Shown here piece after piece: positions 8,169 to 18,180 of a stretch of 34,569 bases of DNA. The notes under the pieces were generated by a model that was given only the letters and a program-made list of their open reading frames with translations, was not told the DNA's origin and did no database searches. The stretch comes from Bdellovibrionota bacterium FG-2 (GTDB lineage: Bacteria; Bdellovibrionota; UBA1018), in contig JBBCAV010000199.1 of the NCBI GenBank assembly GCA_051382305.1, positions 1-34,569 of the forward strand. Reading direction: 5' to 3'. Both the position numbers and the translations under genes were made by a program. Every line of letters begins with the position of its first letter. The stretch's first letter is position 1.

Positions 8169-11100
8169 ATGTCCGGAAGCAAGACGATTTTGGTAACCCT
8201 GTTGATAATGGCAGCTAGTTCAGTGGCGGGTTGGGGCGGTGACGTGCCACGGGCGAACGGGGTTTTTGAGAAATTTTAGGGGGCCACTAATGGCGATTCC
8301 GTTGCTCTTTGCGCCTCCTACTACAAGAAGGCAGAATCTGGGGATTCCTCCGGCCTTCAGAATTGCGTTTCCAATCAGGTCGGAATTCAACAACGGCAGG
8401 CCGATCAAGAAAGTCAAAGGCAAGTCGCTGCACTGAAGTCAAAGCTTGGAGATCGGTTTTCAAGAACAGTGAAGCCTGAAGAAGTTACGGATCTTGTGAG
8501 AGATCCACAAGTGATGGAGGCATTCACCCAGGGACTTGCGCGAGGCAGGGCTTCTCAGGTTGAGCGTCCGGCGTGGTCCGAGGCCATGCCGGTTTTTGAT
8601 CAAAAGCTAAAAGAAAAGATTTGTCAGCGTAAAAAGCTATCTGCTGATGCATGCGCTGCAGTTGCTGTGGGCGGAATCTTTATGCCGAGTTTTGACCTTG
8701 CGAATTCTCAGCAAGTTTTAGGCAGTCTTGAAAAAGTAAAACGGGTTTTGGGGATGTTGGAAGCGTCAGGTGCTGGTGCAGCGCGAGAGATGGACTTTGG
8801 TGAAGAGCAAATCGTGGCGGCTAAACCAAAAGGCGGCAAGACGAAGGCGGGAAAGGACCCTAAATCAGACGCAAGTATCATGGATCTTATTTTCAAAACG
8901 CATTCGGATAGTGGAATCGCCAAGAGTAAGTGTCCAGAATATATTCCGATGCCAGAAAAATTTTGCCAGGGGGCCAAATATAATCCGACGGAGGCTAAGG
9001 GGCAGGCTGATCCCAAAAAGTGGGACTTCAACAATATTGCGAGCAATGTCGAAGATATCTCCTTTGCGCTGGTTAAAGATGATTTTACCTACGACATGAA
9101 ACAGTTTTTGGGAAATCTCTATATGGAGCGATACCTGCAGCAGGTCTTGCTTAATGGCGGCAAAGCCGGGCTTGATAAGGATCTTGAAGAATTAGCTAAA
9201 GCGGCCTCTTGTATTGGCGGTGCGGGCGCAGTTAAGGCCATGACCGCCGGACTCCCTGGTCTTGAAGATCTCCCTCTTAGTAATGGCGCTTATGAGGCTG
9301 CGGCCAAGAAGCATCGCAATGATTTGGTTCTTGCCGCGCATTGCGGCCAGGCGGTTGAGGATCGCCTATCGAAATTGAAAAACGCGCTCGGCATGGAGTT
9401 TACGGCCGGGCAGGGCAATAAGCAGAGTACGAAGCCTCACGCGTTAATCACCGAAGAAATGATGAAGTCTCTTTATGGGGAAATGAAGCACTCAACTAAG
9501 GTGGGTACACTTGTTCAAGCGGGGCGAAATGTTGGCGTTGATGCACTCAATGGTGTTTTAGGTTTTCCGGGCCTTCGGCATTTTCTGAGAGAGATTCCCT
9601 TGGTTCGAAACAAAGCGGAGCGTGCAGCTGCTCGTTGTAGTTGGGTTGGAGGGCAGATTGGTGGGGTTGATGTTGTCGAAAAGCAAACACGTCCTGGTGA
9701 GCGTGAGCATTGTCGTAACGTCATGAGTGAGTTCATGGCATTAGGTGAAGAACTTAATGGGCTCTATTCAGCATACCCAGAATTGGGCGAAGTCGCGACT
9801 CGACGAAACAATGGCAGAGACGTTGTCTCTAGCGTTCAGTCCGATCTCGTAAAGGCGTCAGAGGGGCTACATTCGAAGGTCAAGGGGTACAATCAGGACT
9901 TCAACGTAAAGTATCAGGGTGAAATCTACGATGAAAACGGTGGAATCAAAGCCTGTATGACGCAGTTTAGGAAGAATCCCAAGGATCCAGCTTCCGAATT
10001 AATCGAAGTGGATGAAAAAGCTCTACATCAAGCCGGAGATAGTTTGTTTGCTACGAAGACGGCAAGAGACAAGTCGATGCTCGATCAGTTGAGAATGCTC
10101 TGCGCAGAGCCCGAAGAAGCGGTAAAAGCCGCCGTAGTTACGCCTGCACTGATGAGCGCGTATTTTAATTGTGACCGCAGATCGTTTGGGGAACTCTTTA
10201 CGGTCATGAATTGGCCGATGGAGGAGGCTCCGGTTGCGGCAGGTCCGAAGGCTTGTAATTCACGGACGAATTCTGCTTGGGTGGCTTGTCACCTGAATCA
10301 TAGTGTCGAAAACGTGAAAAAATACAAAGAGATTAGCGGTGAAATTCTTAGTGCGGGAATGGATGCGGCATTTCTGTTTGGAGGGTTTGCTGGAGGAACG
10401 CTCAAAAATCTGACTTGGCAGGCGTTTGGTCGCAGCGTGATTCACGGAACTGTTTTTGGCGCGGGTATGATATACGGAACGGAAAAGTTATTGGCGCCTA
10501 GTCCTGAAGAAACCGAGCGTGAAATCAAGCGCAGTATGGGGCTGTATCGTGCGGGAATAAGTGGCGATATCAACACGATTACGGAGGCGAACAAGGCATT
10601 AGAAGAGCTGAGGGCAAAGGATCCGTTGGTTGATGCAGTCGCAAAGGGGTTTGGTATGTCTCTGCCCTTTGGTTTGCTTGCCGGAGGGCATGCGCCAATA
10701 AAGGCCGGTGGCTGGGCTCAAACGGAGATTTCGTTACAACGCATGTATCGTGCGCTTCGCGGAGAGGGTGCGCTCAAAGGACCGGAGGGCGCAAAGTTTG
10801 AAGCGGCGATGCTGGAGTTGCCGGCAGGACGAGAGGCTGCGCCTGTCGTTGCGAAACTAGGGCCTTCAGAAATGTCTCAGCCTCATTGGGCTGAAAATCC
10901 AGAGGTTCAACAAGCCGTGTCCTCGCGAGTGAAGGCTAATAAGGAACCCGATGCTCCGATTGATCGCATTAAGGGTTTCGAAGCTACAGCCAAACGGTTG
11001 AAACAAAAGTTTGGCACGCGAGTCACTCGCGGCGATGCAGCGGCTAGGCTCATTGCGGAACATGAAGCACAAACCGGCGCGAAGGACGTTAAAGCCTTCT

Positions 11101-11708
11101 ACGATCCCAAAGAAAACCGGATCGTGTTGGCGAAAGATGCTAAGGCTTCGGACTATATTCGTGCCTACAAAGACGCCAAGCAGTGGGCCGCCAATCGTCA
11201 CATTGCTAGCCAAGTCGCAAAGGCGTCAGGAACGACGGATGCTAATGGGCAACTTTTTTCAAAGGAGGCTCGTGATTTGGATCAAAGTTTGAGAGATCGT
11301 CATGCGGCCCAACTTGAGGGCAATCAAGCACGAGTGAAGGAGCTTGATGCAAAGGTGTCCCAGCATCTTAAGAAAATGGATGAGCTTGCGAAGGATGATC
11401 CATACCTTGCTTCGGCAGCCGAGAAGGCCAAAGTTGCGACCGCTCAAGCTGAGGGTAAATTAGCTTCGATTGCGAGCGAATTAAAAGGGGATCGGCCGCT
11501 TCATGAGATGAGCCCCGAGCATATTGCCGAAGTGAAGGTAAAGTATGCTGAGGTCCTTGAAGAGACGGCGAAAAGTTTTCCTGGCGAAGAAGCTGAAGCA
11601 CTCCAAATTGTCGATATTCTCGCAAATCGCGACAAGAAAAGCATGACGGAGATCAAAGAGTACTTTGCTAAGATTCTTTGCCAATGCAACGGAGCTTGTA
11701 AGCGGTAA
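8169..11708 (+). pseudogene. Large Cys-rich secreted protein gene (~1180 codons) with one in-frame TAG at 8277-8279
   Basis: SD + ATG 8169 encodes signal-peptide-like MSGSKTILVTLLIMAASSVAGWG, in the same frame as ORF 8469..11708; the only stop between them is TAG at codon 37. Confidence 0.65.
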
Positions 11709-11767
11709 GCCACAGAACATAGAGAATGTGTCCTTAATTTGGTAACTTTCTCTAGAGATTGTTGCCA

Positions 11768-12232
11768 AAATACGGTACAATCTCCGTATGCCGTATATCG
11801 CTCGTACGCTCCAAGCACGCCTCAACAGTACGGCTAAAAAACGTCTCCAAAGACGGGCAGATTTTTGGGTCATGCAGCCCTTCGCTTTATCGAAGGAATC
11901 GTTCACGCGCGACTTTCTGATCTTATGCAGCTCGTGCCCTTAAAGTCTCAATTGCATTATTACAAACCCTACTCGATCGATAGCAACGGAAAAGTTAAAT
12001 ATGGGAGCGGCGAAATCGATTTTGTATTTCAACTTGGTGATCGGATTGTACCCCTTGAGGTAAAAGCGACAGCGCAAATAAGCGACATTGATTTCTCGCT
12101 GCTAAAACTTTTTGTAAAGGAGCACCGCGTGCCTTTCGGAGTTGTTCTCTATGGCGGACTGCCGGTCTGGAATGCCACCGAAAAGGTAGTGTTTTGGCCC
12201 TATTGGTTGGTCTAATAAATCCGGTACAATCT
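11768..12232 (+). repeat. 16-bp direct repeat (15/16) bracketing the AAA remnant
   Basis: AAATACGGTACAATCT (11768-11783) and AAATCCGGTACAATCT (12217-12232). Confidence 0.75.
11788..12215 (+). pseudogene. Internally deleted AAA_14/DUF4143 ATPase remnant
   Basis: ATG 11788 gives family-like N-terminus MPYIARTLQARL, joined out of frame to C-terminal motifs KTSPK...GEIDFV...VPLEVKA; no Walker A or B. Confidence 0.7.
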
Positions 12233-13088
12233 ACTGAAAAAAACACGGATCCATTTGCTGTGTAATATCCTCTTTGTCTTTTGCTTTGAACGGATTCTTC
12301 GCTAAAGAATCGCGCCAGATTTTTGCGTCCGCCCACCAGCCATCAAATAGGGCTTTGCTTGAAGCGTCTAGGAAGTTGTACATCGGGTAGGCGTAGACGC
12401 CATCGGATTCCTTAATACGCGTCTCCACTTCGTAAAAGCCATATTCTGAGGGTGTATTAGGCGAGATCATAATCGTAGAGCCAATGAGCTCCCCCATTTT
12501 TATTTGTTGTCCAAGTTGAACGACGGGGTTGCGCACGTGAACATATTTGATTAGAAAATTCTTTCCATAACGAACCAAGACTCCTTCTACCTCGCCCGGA
12601 TCAATAACAGGTCCAATGGCCGACTGAATCTGAATGACAATGCCATCGGATAGCGCATAAATCGAATCGTGAGATTTTGTGAGGTGCAGCTCGGTCTCAG
12701 TGGCTACTTCTTCTTTTCCGCCGCCATTTTCCATTACGCCAAAGACTCCTACCGTCGTGAGATTGGTGGAGTTCACGGGATAGTCCCACTTAAACACGAG
12801 GGAGGGAGAATCAGAGGTGTCGGGAACAAAGGGATAAGATTTGCAGTTGGATTCTTGATTGTTGTTGCTACTATTATTTGGTCTTGGCGAAGGAGGCGTC
12901 TCCGTGATTTCAAGTTTCTTAGTTCCTGGTTTAGGCGAAGCGTTGGATTGGGTGGAAGAAGGTGCTGCTGCTGGTGTTGCTGTTGCTGTTGGGAGAGGTG
13001 TTGAAAGGAGGTCTTGATCACATGCCGGCAAAAGCGCTAACGCCGCTAATAATAGCGAAAAACCAGTCTTAGTTCTTTTTCTAAACAT
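12231..13088 (-). CDS. Lipoprotein with degenerate M23/LytM-like domain
   Basis: Lipobox LLPAC, Pro/Thr/Ala linker, IYALSDGIV...KYVHV...VQLGQQIKMGELIG; SD AGGGGG. Confidence 0.7.
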   Translation of the reverse strand: MFRKRTKTGFSLLLAALALLPACDQDLLSTPLPTATATPAAAPSSTQSNASPKPGTKKLEITETPPSPRPNNSSNNNQESNCKSYPFVPDTSDSPSLVFKWDYPVNSTNLTTVGVFGVMENGGGKEEVATETELHLTKSHDSIYALSDGIVIQIQSAIGPVIDPGEVEGVLVRYGKNFLIKYVHVRNPVVQLGQQIKMGELIGSTIMISPNTPSEYGFYEVETRIKESDGVYAYPMYNFLDASSKALFDGWWADAKIWRDSLAKNPFKAKDKEDITQQMDPCFFQ

Positions 13089-13225
13089 AATGAACCCCCT
13101 AGGCTTAATACCTTATTATTATAGTACATTATTAGTGTGAAGCGCAATACATATGTAAACCACTGAAATAATTTGGTAAAAAAACAAATTGCTTTAATTT
13201 ACCCCCTTTGATAATGCTATGCGTC

Positions 13226-14020
13226 ATGAAAGTGGACCTTCTACTCAAATCCTTCGGACTTCTGATTTTGGCCCTCTGCGCGGTGCTGCCTCTTCGACAA
13301 TCTCGTGCGCAGGATTTCACTCCCCCCGCTGTTTGTCAGAGGACGTCAGACGACATTCGGGCCCTCGCCCTGAACCCGGATTTTAGAGTGAGCTTTGATA
13401 ACGACGGCGGAATTTTAAATAAGGGTGTGTGCTGGTGGCACGCGCGTTTCCAACGTGCTGCTTGGTACTTGGCGGAGTTTCAGCCTGAGTTTCCAAAACC
13501 TTCGCGCGCACGAGCGACGAAGATTATCGATAAAATCGCGAATATTAGCGGGTTTGTCGCGATTCCAGGCTACAAAAATTTCAAAGCGTTCTCGAAAGAT
13601 TTCGCTGATCTCATTCAGGCACGCCTTGATGATTGGCAACTAAGCGATGCGACCCTCGGCTTTGCATGGTTTGAAGGTCTCACGGGTGAGACAAGACTTC
13701 CGGCAGGAACGCTCTTAAAACGGATGGACGAAATTTATGACCGCGTGGCTAACGGGGGGGAGATCACCTTCTTAAAACTTCAAATCCCGGGGTTAGGCGC
13801 ACATGCTTGGCTCGTGGTTGATATGAAGGGAACCTCCACGGGTTATGAAATGAAAATCATTGATAATAATTATGCGTCCAAGACCTACACTATCAACTAC
13901 AAAGTCGGGGACGAATTCATGAGTCTTCCCTATCGAAAAGAGCACACGTTTATTCCCCATATCATTTATGAAGAGGATTTAGATCGGCTATATGACGTTA
14001 AGCGTCGTGACTGTAGATAG
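13226..14020 (+). CDS. Secreted hypothetical protein, possible papain-like Cys-His-Asp fold
   Basis: Signal peptide MKVDLLLKSFGLLILALCAVLPLRQSRA; GVCWWH, AHAWLV, IIDNN. Start could be anywhere in 13208-13226. Confidence 0.65.
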   Translation: MKVDLLLKSFGLLILALCAVLPLRQSRAQDFTPPAVCQRTSDDIRALALNPDFRVSFDNDGGILNKGVCWWHARFQRAAWYLAEFQPEFPKPSRARATKIIDKIANISGFVAIPGYKNFKAFSKDFADLIQARLDDWQLSDATLGFAWFEGLTGETRLPAGTLLKRMDEIYDRVANGGEITFLKLQIPGLGAHAWLVVDMKGTSTGYEMKIIDNNYASKTYTINYKVGDEFMSLPYRKEHTFIPHIIYEEDLDRLYDVKRRDCR

Positions 14021-14085
14021 AGCTGGCGATAGATTTCGCTAATGCCGCCCCCCCTTTCTGCCGATCCCTAAGTAGTAGGAGGACC

Positions 14086-14568
14086 ATGGATATGGTCTGG
14101 GATATTCCGCCAAAAGGACTTCAGGCTTACGTTTCACGTCTCAAACAAATTCAAGCACAGGAACGCGAGCGAGAACGAAACAAACCACAAATCGATCTTA
14201 AGCGCGTGCGTGTCGAGCTGTATATGCCGCAAGAAGAGCAAGCCACCGATCAAGCTGTGCGCTGCGATATCATCAACGCGCAAGTGATTTTAAACGATAT
14301 TTCGTCAGTGGGTATGCATCTTTTTTCGGAGAGTCCCCTTGCCCTAGGTCAGATTCTAGAGGCCGTCATTGTCGACCCCATCGAAACCCAAGTCTATTGC
14401 CAGGTCGTTTCTTGTAAGAACATTTTGGCCGGCAGCCGGGTCTTTTCCTCAAACCCCTTTCCCTATCGGGTTACCATGCGGTTCTATTTTGCCTTCCCCG
14501 AAGAGCAGGTCGCCTTCAAGAAATACTGTGACGATCTCGCGATGAATTATCTTGGCCGCCGGGCTTAG
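14086..14568 (+). CDS. PilZ-domain protein
   Basis: RERER (RxxxR) and NDISSVG (DxSxxG) motifs; strong SD AGGAGG; sigma28-like TAAT-N16-GCCGATCC at 14040-14067. Confidence 0.7.
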   Translation: MDMVWDIPPKGLQAYVSRLKQIQAQERERERNKPQIDLKRVRVELYMPQEEQATDQAVRCDIINAQVILNDISSVGMHLFSESPLALGQILEAVIVDPIETQVYCQVVSCKNILAGSRVFSSNPFPYRVTMRFYFAFPEEQVAFKKYCDDLAMNYLGRRA

Positions 14569-14574
14569 ACCGCG

Positions 14575-14600
14575 GTACTAATTCCTACGGGAAATAGTAC
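14575..14600 (+). promoter_or_regulatory. Hairpin/inverted repeat abutting the xdh start codon
   Basis: GTACTAATTCC-TACG-GGAAATAGTAC, 10/11 paired, c(UACG)g loop, ends at -1 of ATG 14601. Confidence 0.55.
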
Positions 14601-16841
14601 ATGCCAAAATCCGTCTTTGTTGGAAAATCGGTTCCTCGTAAAGAAGCTCGAAGCAAGATTACTGGCGAAGCCAAGTACGTAGATGATCTGAGCTTTCCCG
14701 GGATGATCTATGGAGTAACCGTGCGAAGTCCCGTGGCGCGCGGGCGGCTCAAGAAAATATTGTTTGAAGGCGATTTGCCGTGGAATGAAATTACCAAAGT
14801 CACGTCCCAAGACATTAAAGACATTCCGGGCGAAAACTGTGTAGCGGTTATTCTCAAAGAACAACCCATGCTCGTGGATGACATGATCAATCACCCCGAA
14901 GAGCCCATTGTTTTGCTGGCGCATCCCGATCGCGCGCTTTTGGAAAAAGCTCGAAAGAATGTGAAATTTGAAATCGAACCCCTCCCCTCCGTTTTAAGTA
15001 TCGACGACGCGTTATCCAAGAAGACGATCGTCTGGGGCAGCGACAATATTCTCAAATCTTACCTCGTAGAAAAAGGAGATATCCAAACGGCGTTCGCCCA
15101 GGCCGATCTCATTGTTGAAGGCGAATACACCACCGGCGCCCAAGAACAACTCTACATCGAACCCAACGGAATGATCGCCGTGGCAAATCCAAAAGATGGC
15201 GTGACCGTGTGGGGGTCTCTCCAATGCCCGTTTTATGTGCACAAAGCGCTGAAGACGCTTTTCGGATTTTCTGATGAAAAGATTCGCGTGATTCAAGTGG
15301 AAACCGGCGGCGGTTTTGGGGGCAAAGAAGATTATCCCTCGCTCATCGCAAGTCATGCGGCATTGCTGGCGTGGAAGTCTGGCCGTCCCGTAAAAATTAT
15401 CTATGATCGCGCCGAAGATATGGCGGCGACCACGAAGAGACACCCTTCCCGAACGCGCCATAAGACGGCCGTTTCGAAGGACGGAAAAATCTTGGGCATG
15501 GACATCGATTTTGTTTTAGATGGCGGCGCCTATCTCACGCTTTCGTCGGTGGTGCTCTCGCGCGGAACGATTCACGCCACTGGGCCCTATGTTTGTCCCC
15601 ATGTGCGAATTAAGAGCTGTGCAGTTGCAACGAACACGCCTCCTCACGGCGCGTTTCGCGGCTTTGGCGCGCCTCAAAGTATCTTTGCTCTTGAGCGTCA
15701 CCTAGATGTCGTGGCGGGTCGTTTAGGGATTGCCCCTGAGGAATTTAGGCGCCGCAATTTTATTCATCAAGGCGAGCAAACGGCTACTTCTCAGACGATT
15801 CGAGAGCCTGTGAATTTTGACAAGCTTTTGGATCAAGCGTTGGAGATGAGTCGTTATCACGACAAGATAAAACGATTTGAGATCGAAAATCAAAAGAGTC
15901 CGATCAAAAAAGGAATGGGCTTTGCCTGTTTCATGCATGGCTCAGGCTTCACAGGGTCCGGGGAAGTTTACCTTGCCTCTGTCGCAGGCGTCGAAGTGAC
16001 TCCTGAGGGACGAATTCGCGTATTGGCCTCCAGCACAGAGATGGGTCAGGGCAAGAACACGGTTTTTGCTCAAATCGTTGCGGAAGCCCTAGGAATTGAT
16101 GTTGCAATTGTTGACGTCGCGCAACCTGATACGGCAGTCGTGCCTAATAGCGGTCCTACCGTGGCATCACGAACCACGAGCGTTGTCGGAAAACTTGTTG
16201 AGGACGCGGCAAGGGGCCTGGTCGCCACGCTTAAGCAAAGTGGGTTTTTGGGCGCGACCTATTCAACGGTCCAGTTTCAAGAGGCTTGCTTAGGTTATCT
16301 GGGGAAATTTGGAGCGCTCAAAACGTTGAGCCAATACAAAGCGCCACCCGGGATTTTCTGGGATGACGAAAAATATCGGGGCGATGCCTACGGCACTTTT
16401 GCGTGGGCCGTCTACGTGGCCGAGGTCAGTGTGGACACTCGCACCTTCGAAGTTAAGGTGGATGACTTTGTCGCGGTTCAGGAGATTGGTCGAGTGGTTA
16501 ACCCTGTATTAGCGCAAGGACAAATAGAGGGTGGCGTGATTCAAGGGATAGGTTACGCGATTTACGAGAACGTCGTTTGGAAAGAGGGTCGAATGGCGAA
16601 TAACCGGATGACGAATTACATTATTCCCACCGCAGTTGACGTGCCACGCGTTCAAGTCCACTTTGAAGAAACGCCCTATGCTTATGGAGCCGCGGGCTCT
16701 AAAGGGATCGGCGAACTCCCCATGGATGGTCCGGCGCCTGCGGTAATCAATGCGATCTCTAATGCGACGGGCGTTTCGTATACCCAAATTCCATTGATGC
16801 CAGAAAATATTATGGAAGATCTCACGAGGAGTCTCACGTGA
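14601..16841 (+). CDS. Xanthine dehydrogenase-family molybdopterin-binding subunit
   Basis: GGGFGGKE, AFRGFGAPQ, TEMGQG, TVASR, GQIEGG, SKGIGELP (catalytic Glu). Confidence 0.93.
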   Translation: MPKSVFVGKSVPRKEARSKITGEAKYVDDLSFPGMIYGVTVRSPVARGRLKKILFEGDLPWNEITKVTSQDIKDIPGENCVAVILKEQPMLVDDMINHPEEPIVLLAHPDRALLEKARKNVKFEIEPLPSVLSIDDALSKKTIVWGSDNILKSYLVEKGDIQTAFAQADLIVEGEYTTGAQEQLYIEPNGMIAVANPKDGVTVWGSLQCPFYVHKALKTLFGFSDEKIRVIQVETGGGFGGKEDYPSLIASHAALLAWKSGRPVKIIYDRAEDMAATTKRHPSRTRHKTAVSKDGKILGMDIDFVLDGGAYLTLSSVVLSRGTIHATGPYVCPHVRIKSCAVATNTPPHGAFRGFGAPQSIFALERHLDVVAGRLGIAPEEFRRRNFIHQGEQTATSQTIREPVNFDKLLDQALEMSRYHDKIKRFEIENQKSPIKKGMGFACFMHGSGFTGSGEVYLASVAGVEVTPEGRIRVLASSTEMGQGKNTVFAQIVAEALGIDVAIVDVAQPDTAVVPNSGPTVASRTTSVVGKLVEDAARGLVATLKQSGFLGATYSTVQFQEACLGYLGKFGALKTLSQYKAPPGIFWDDEKYRGDAYGTFAWAVYVAEVSVDTRTFEVKVDDFVAVQEIGRVVNPVLAQGQIEGGVIQGIGYAIYENVVWKEGRMANNRMTNYIIPTAVDVPRVQVHFEETPYAYGAAGSKGIGELPMDGPAPAVINAISNATGVSYTQIPLMPENIMEDLTRSLT

Positions 16842-17305
16842 CAGAGCAAAATAAACCCACGCAATTCACCTTAAACGGTGATCGCACAGAAGTCTGTGCG
16901 CCATCTATGACCCGCCTGCTGGATGTATTACGCGAACAGCTTCACCTGACTGGGACTAAAGAAGGTTGTGGCGAGGGCGAGTGTGGGGCTTGTTGCGTGT
17001 TGGTGGATGGAGACGTGGTAAATAGCTGCCTTGTGCCTCTTGCGCAAGTTGAAGGGTCTGAAGTGCGTACGATCGAGGGCGTGGTTGAAGATCCCCGGTT
17101 TAAGATTTTGCAAAATGAGTTCGTCGCCCATGGCGGGGCTCAATGTGGGATCTGTACCCCGGGGATGATTGTCTCTAGCGCGGGGTTGCTCGAAAAAAAT
17201 CCACATCCAAATAGGGATGAAATCAAAAGCGCGTTGGCGGGAAATCTTTGTCGGTGTACGGGCTATACCAAGATCATTGATTCGGTGGAGGCGGCTTCAA
17301 AATGA
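16838..17305 (+). CDS. Xanthine dehydrogenase-family 2x[2Fe-2S] subunit
   Basis: GCGEGECGAC, NSCL, QCGICTPG, NLCRCTGY. Confidence 0.95.
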   Translation: MTEQNKPTQFTLNGDRTEVCAPSMTRLLDVLREQLHLTGTKEGCGEGECGACCVLVDGDVVNSCLVPLAQVEGSEVRTIEGVVEDPRFKILQNEFVAHGGAQCGICTPGMIVSSAGLLEKNPHPNRDEIKSALAGNLCRCTGYTKIIDSVEAASK

Positions 17306-18180
17306 AAACTAATCCTGCTGAGTTTGATCTTCGAACGCCTGACACTTTTTCGAAAGCACTGGCCTTGCTCGCTGAGCCTCAGGGAAAATGGCGCCCGTTT
17401 GCGGGTGGAACAGACCTCATGGTACTTTTGGAGTCAGGCAATTTAGAGCATAAGAGTTTTGTGAATCTTCGAGGATTTAAAGAGCTTCAAGGCATTGAGG
17501 TTTCGCCTCAGTTTGTGGTTTTAGGTGCGCTAACGACGTTCTCCTCGATTCAAGAAAATGAAGTAATTATAAAGGAGTTTCCTTGTCTGGTTCAGGCTGC
17601 CTCACAAATCGGAGCGCTTGCGATCCAAAATCGTGGAACGATCGGCGGGAATATCGGCAACGCCTCACCGGCAGCAGATTCCCCGCCAGTGCTTTTGATT
17701 TATGATGCCGAGATTGAGTTGATGAGCGTTAGTGGGGCGCGCTGGGTATCCTACGATAGTTTTCATACGGGATATAAGAAGACACAGCTGCGAATGAGCG
17801 AGGTGATTTCTAAAGTCCGTTTGTCCCGTGCTTCAGTTTCTGGGGGAAAGACTGTACATTATTTTCGAAAAGTGGGCGCGCGCAAAGCCCAGGCGATTTC
17901 GAAGGTCAGTGTTGCGGGATGGGCGTACGTAGAAAAGGGTCTTATAAAGGATGTGCGACTTGCTCTGGGAAGCGTGGCTCCGACGGTGGTGCGAGGAAAA
18001 CAAACCGAGACCCTCTTGCGAGGCAAGTCATTAACCCCTGCCCTTCGCGCAGAAGCTTGTAAAGTTTTAGGCCTAGAGATTTCGCCTATCTCCGACATTC
18101 GATCCACCGACGTCTATCGCAGACGAATCGCGCAAAACCTCTTAAGTGAGTTCCTCGAGCATGTGGGATTGGATCAGTAA
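17302..18180 (+). CDS. Xanthine dehydrogenase-family FAD-binding subunit
   Basis: AGGTDL, IQNRGTIGGNIGNASPAAD, PISDIRST; no [4Fe-4S] insertion seen. Confidence 0.93.
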   Translation: MKTNPAEFDLRTPDTFSKALALLAEPQGKWRPFAGGTDLMVLLESGNLEHKSFVNLRGFKELQGIEVSPQFVVLGALTTFSSIQENEVIIKEFPCLVQAASQIGALAIQNRGTIGGNIGNASPAADSPPVLLIYDAEIELMSVSGARWVSYDSFHTGYKKTQLRMSEVISKVRLSRASVSGGKTVHYFRKVGARKAQAISKVSVAGWAYVEKGLIKDVRLALGSVAPTVVRGKQTETLLRGKSLTPALRAEACKVLGLEISPISDIRSTDVYRRRIAQNLLSEFLEHVGLDQ

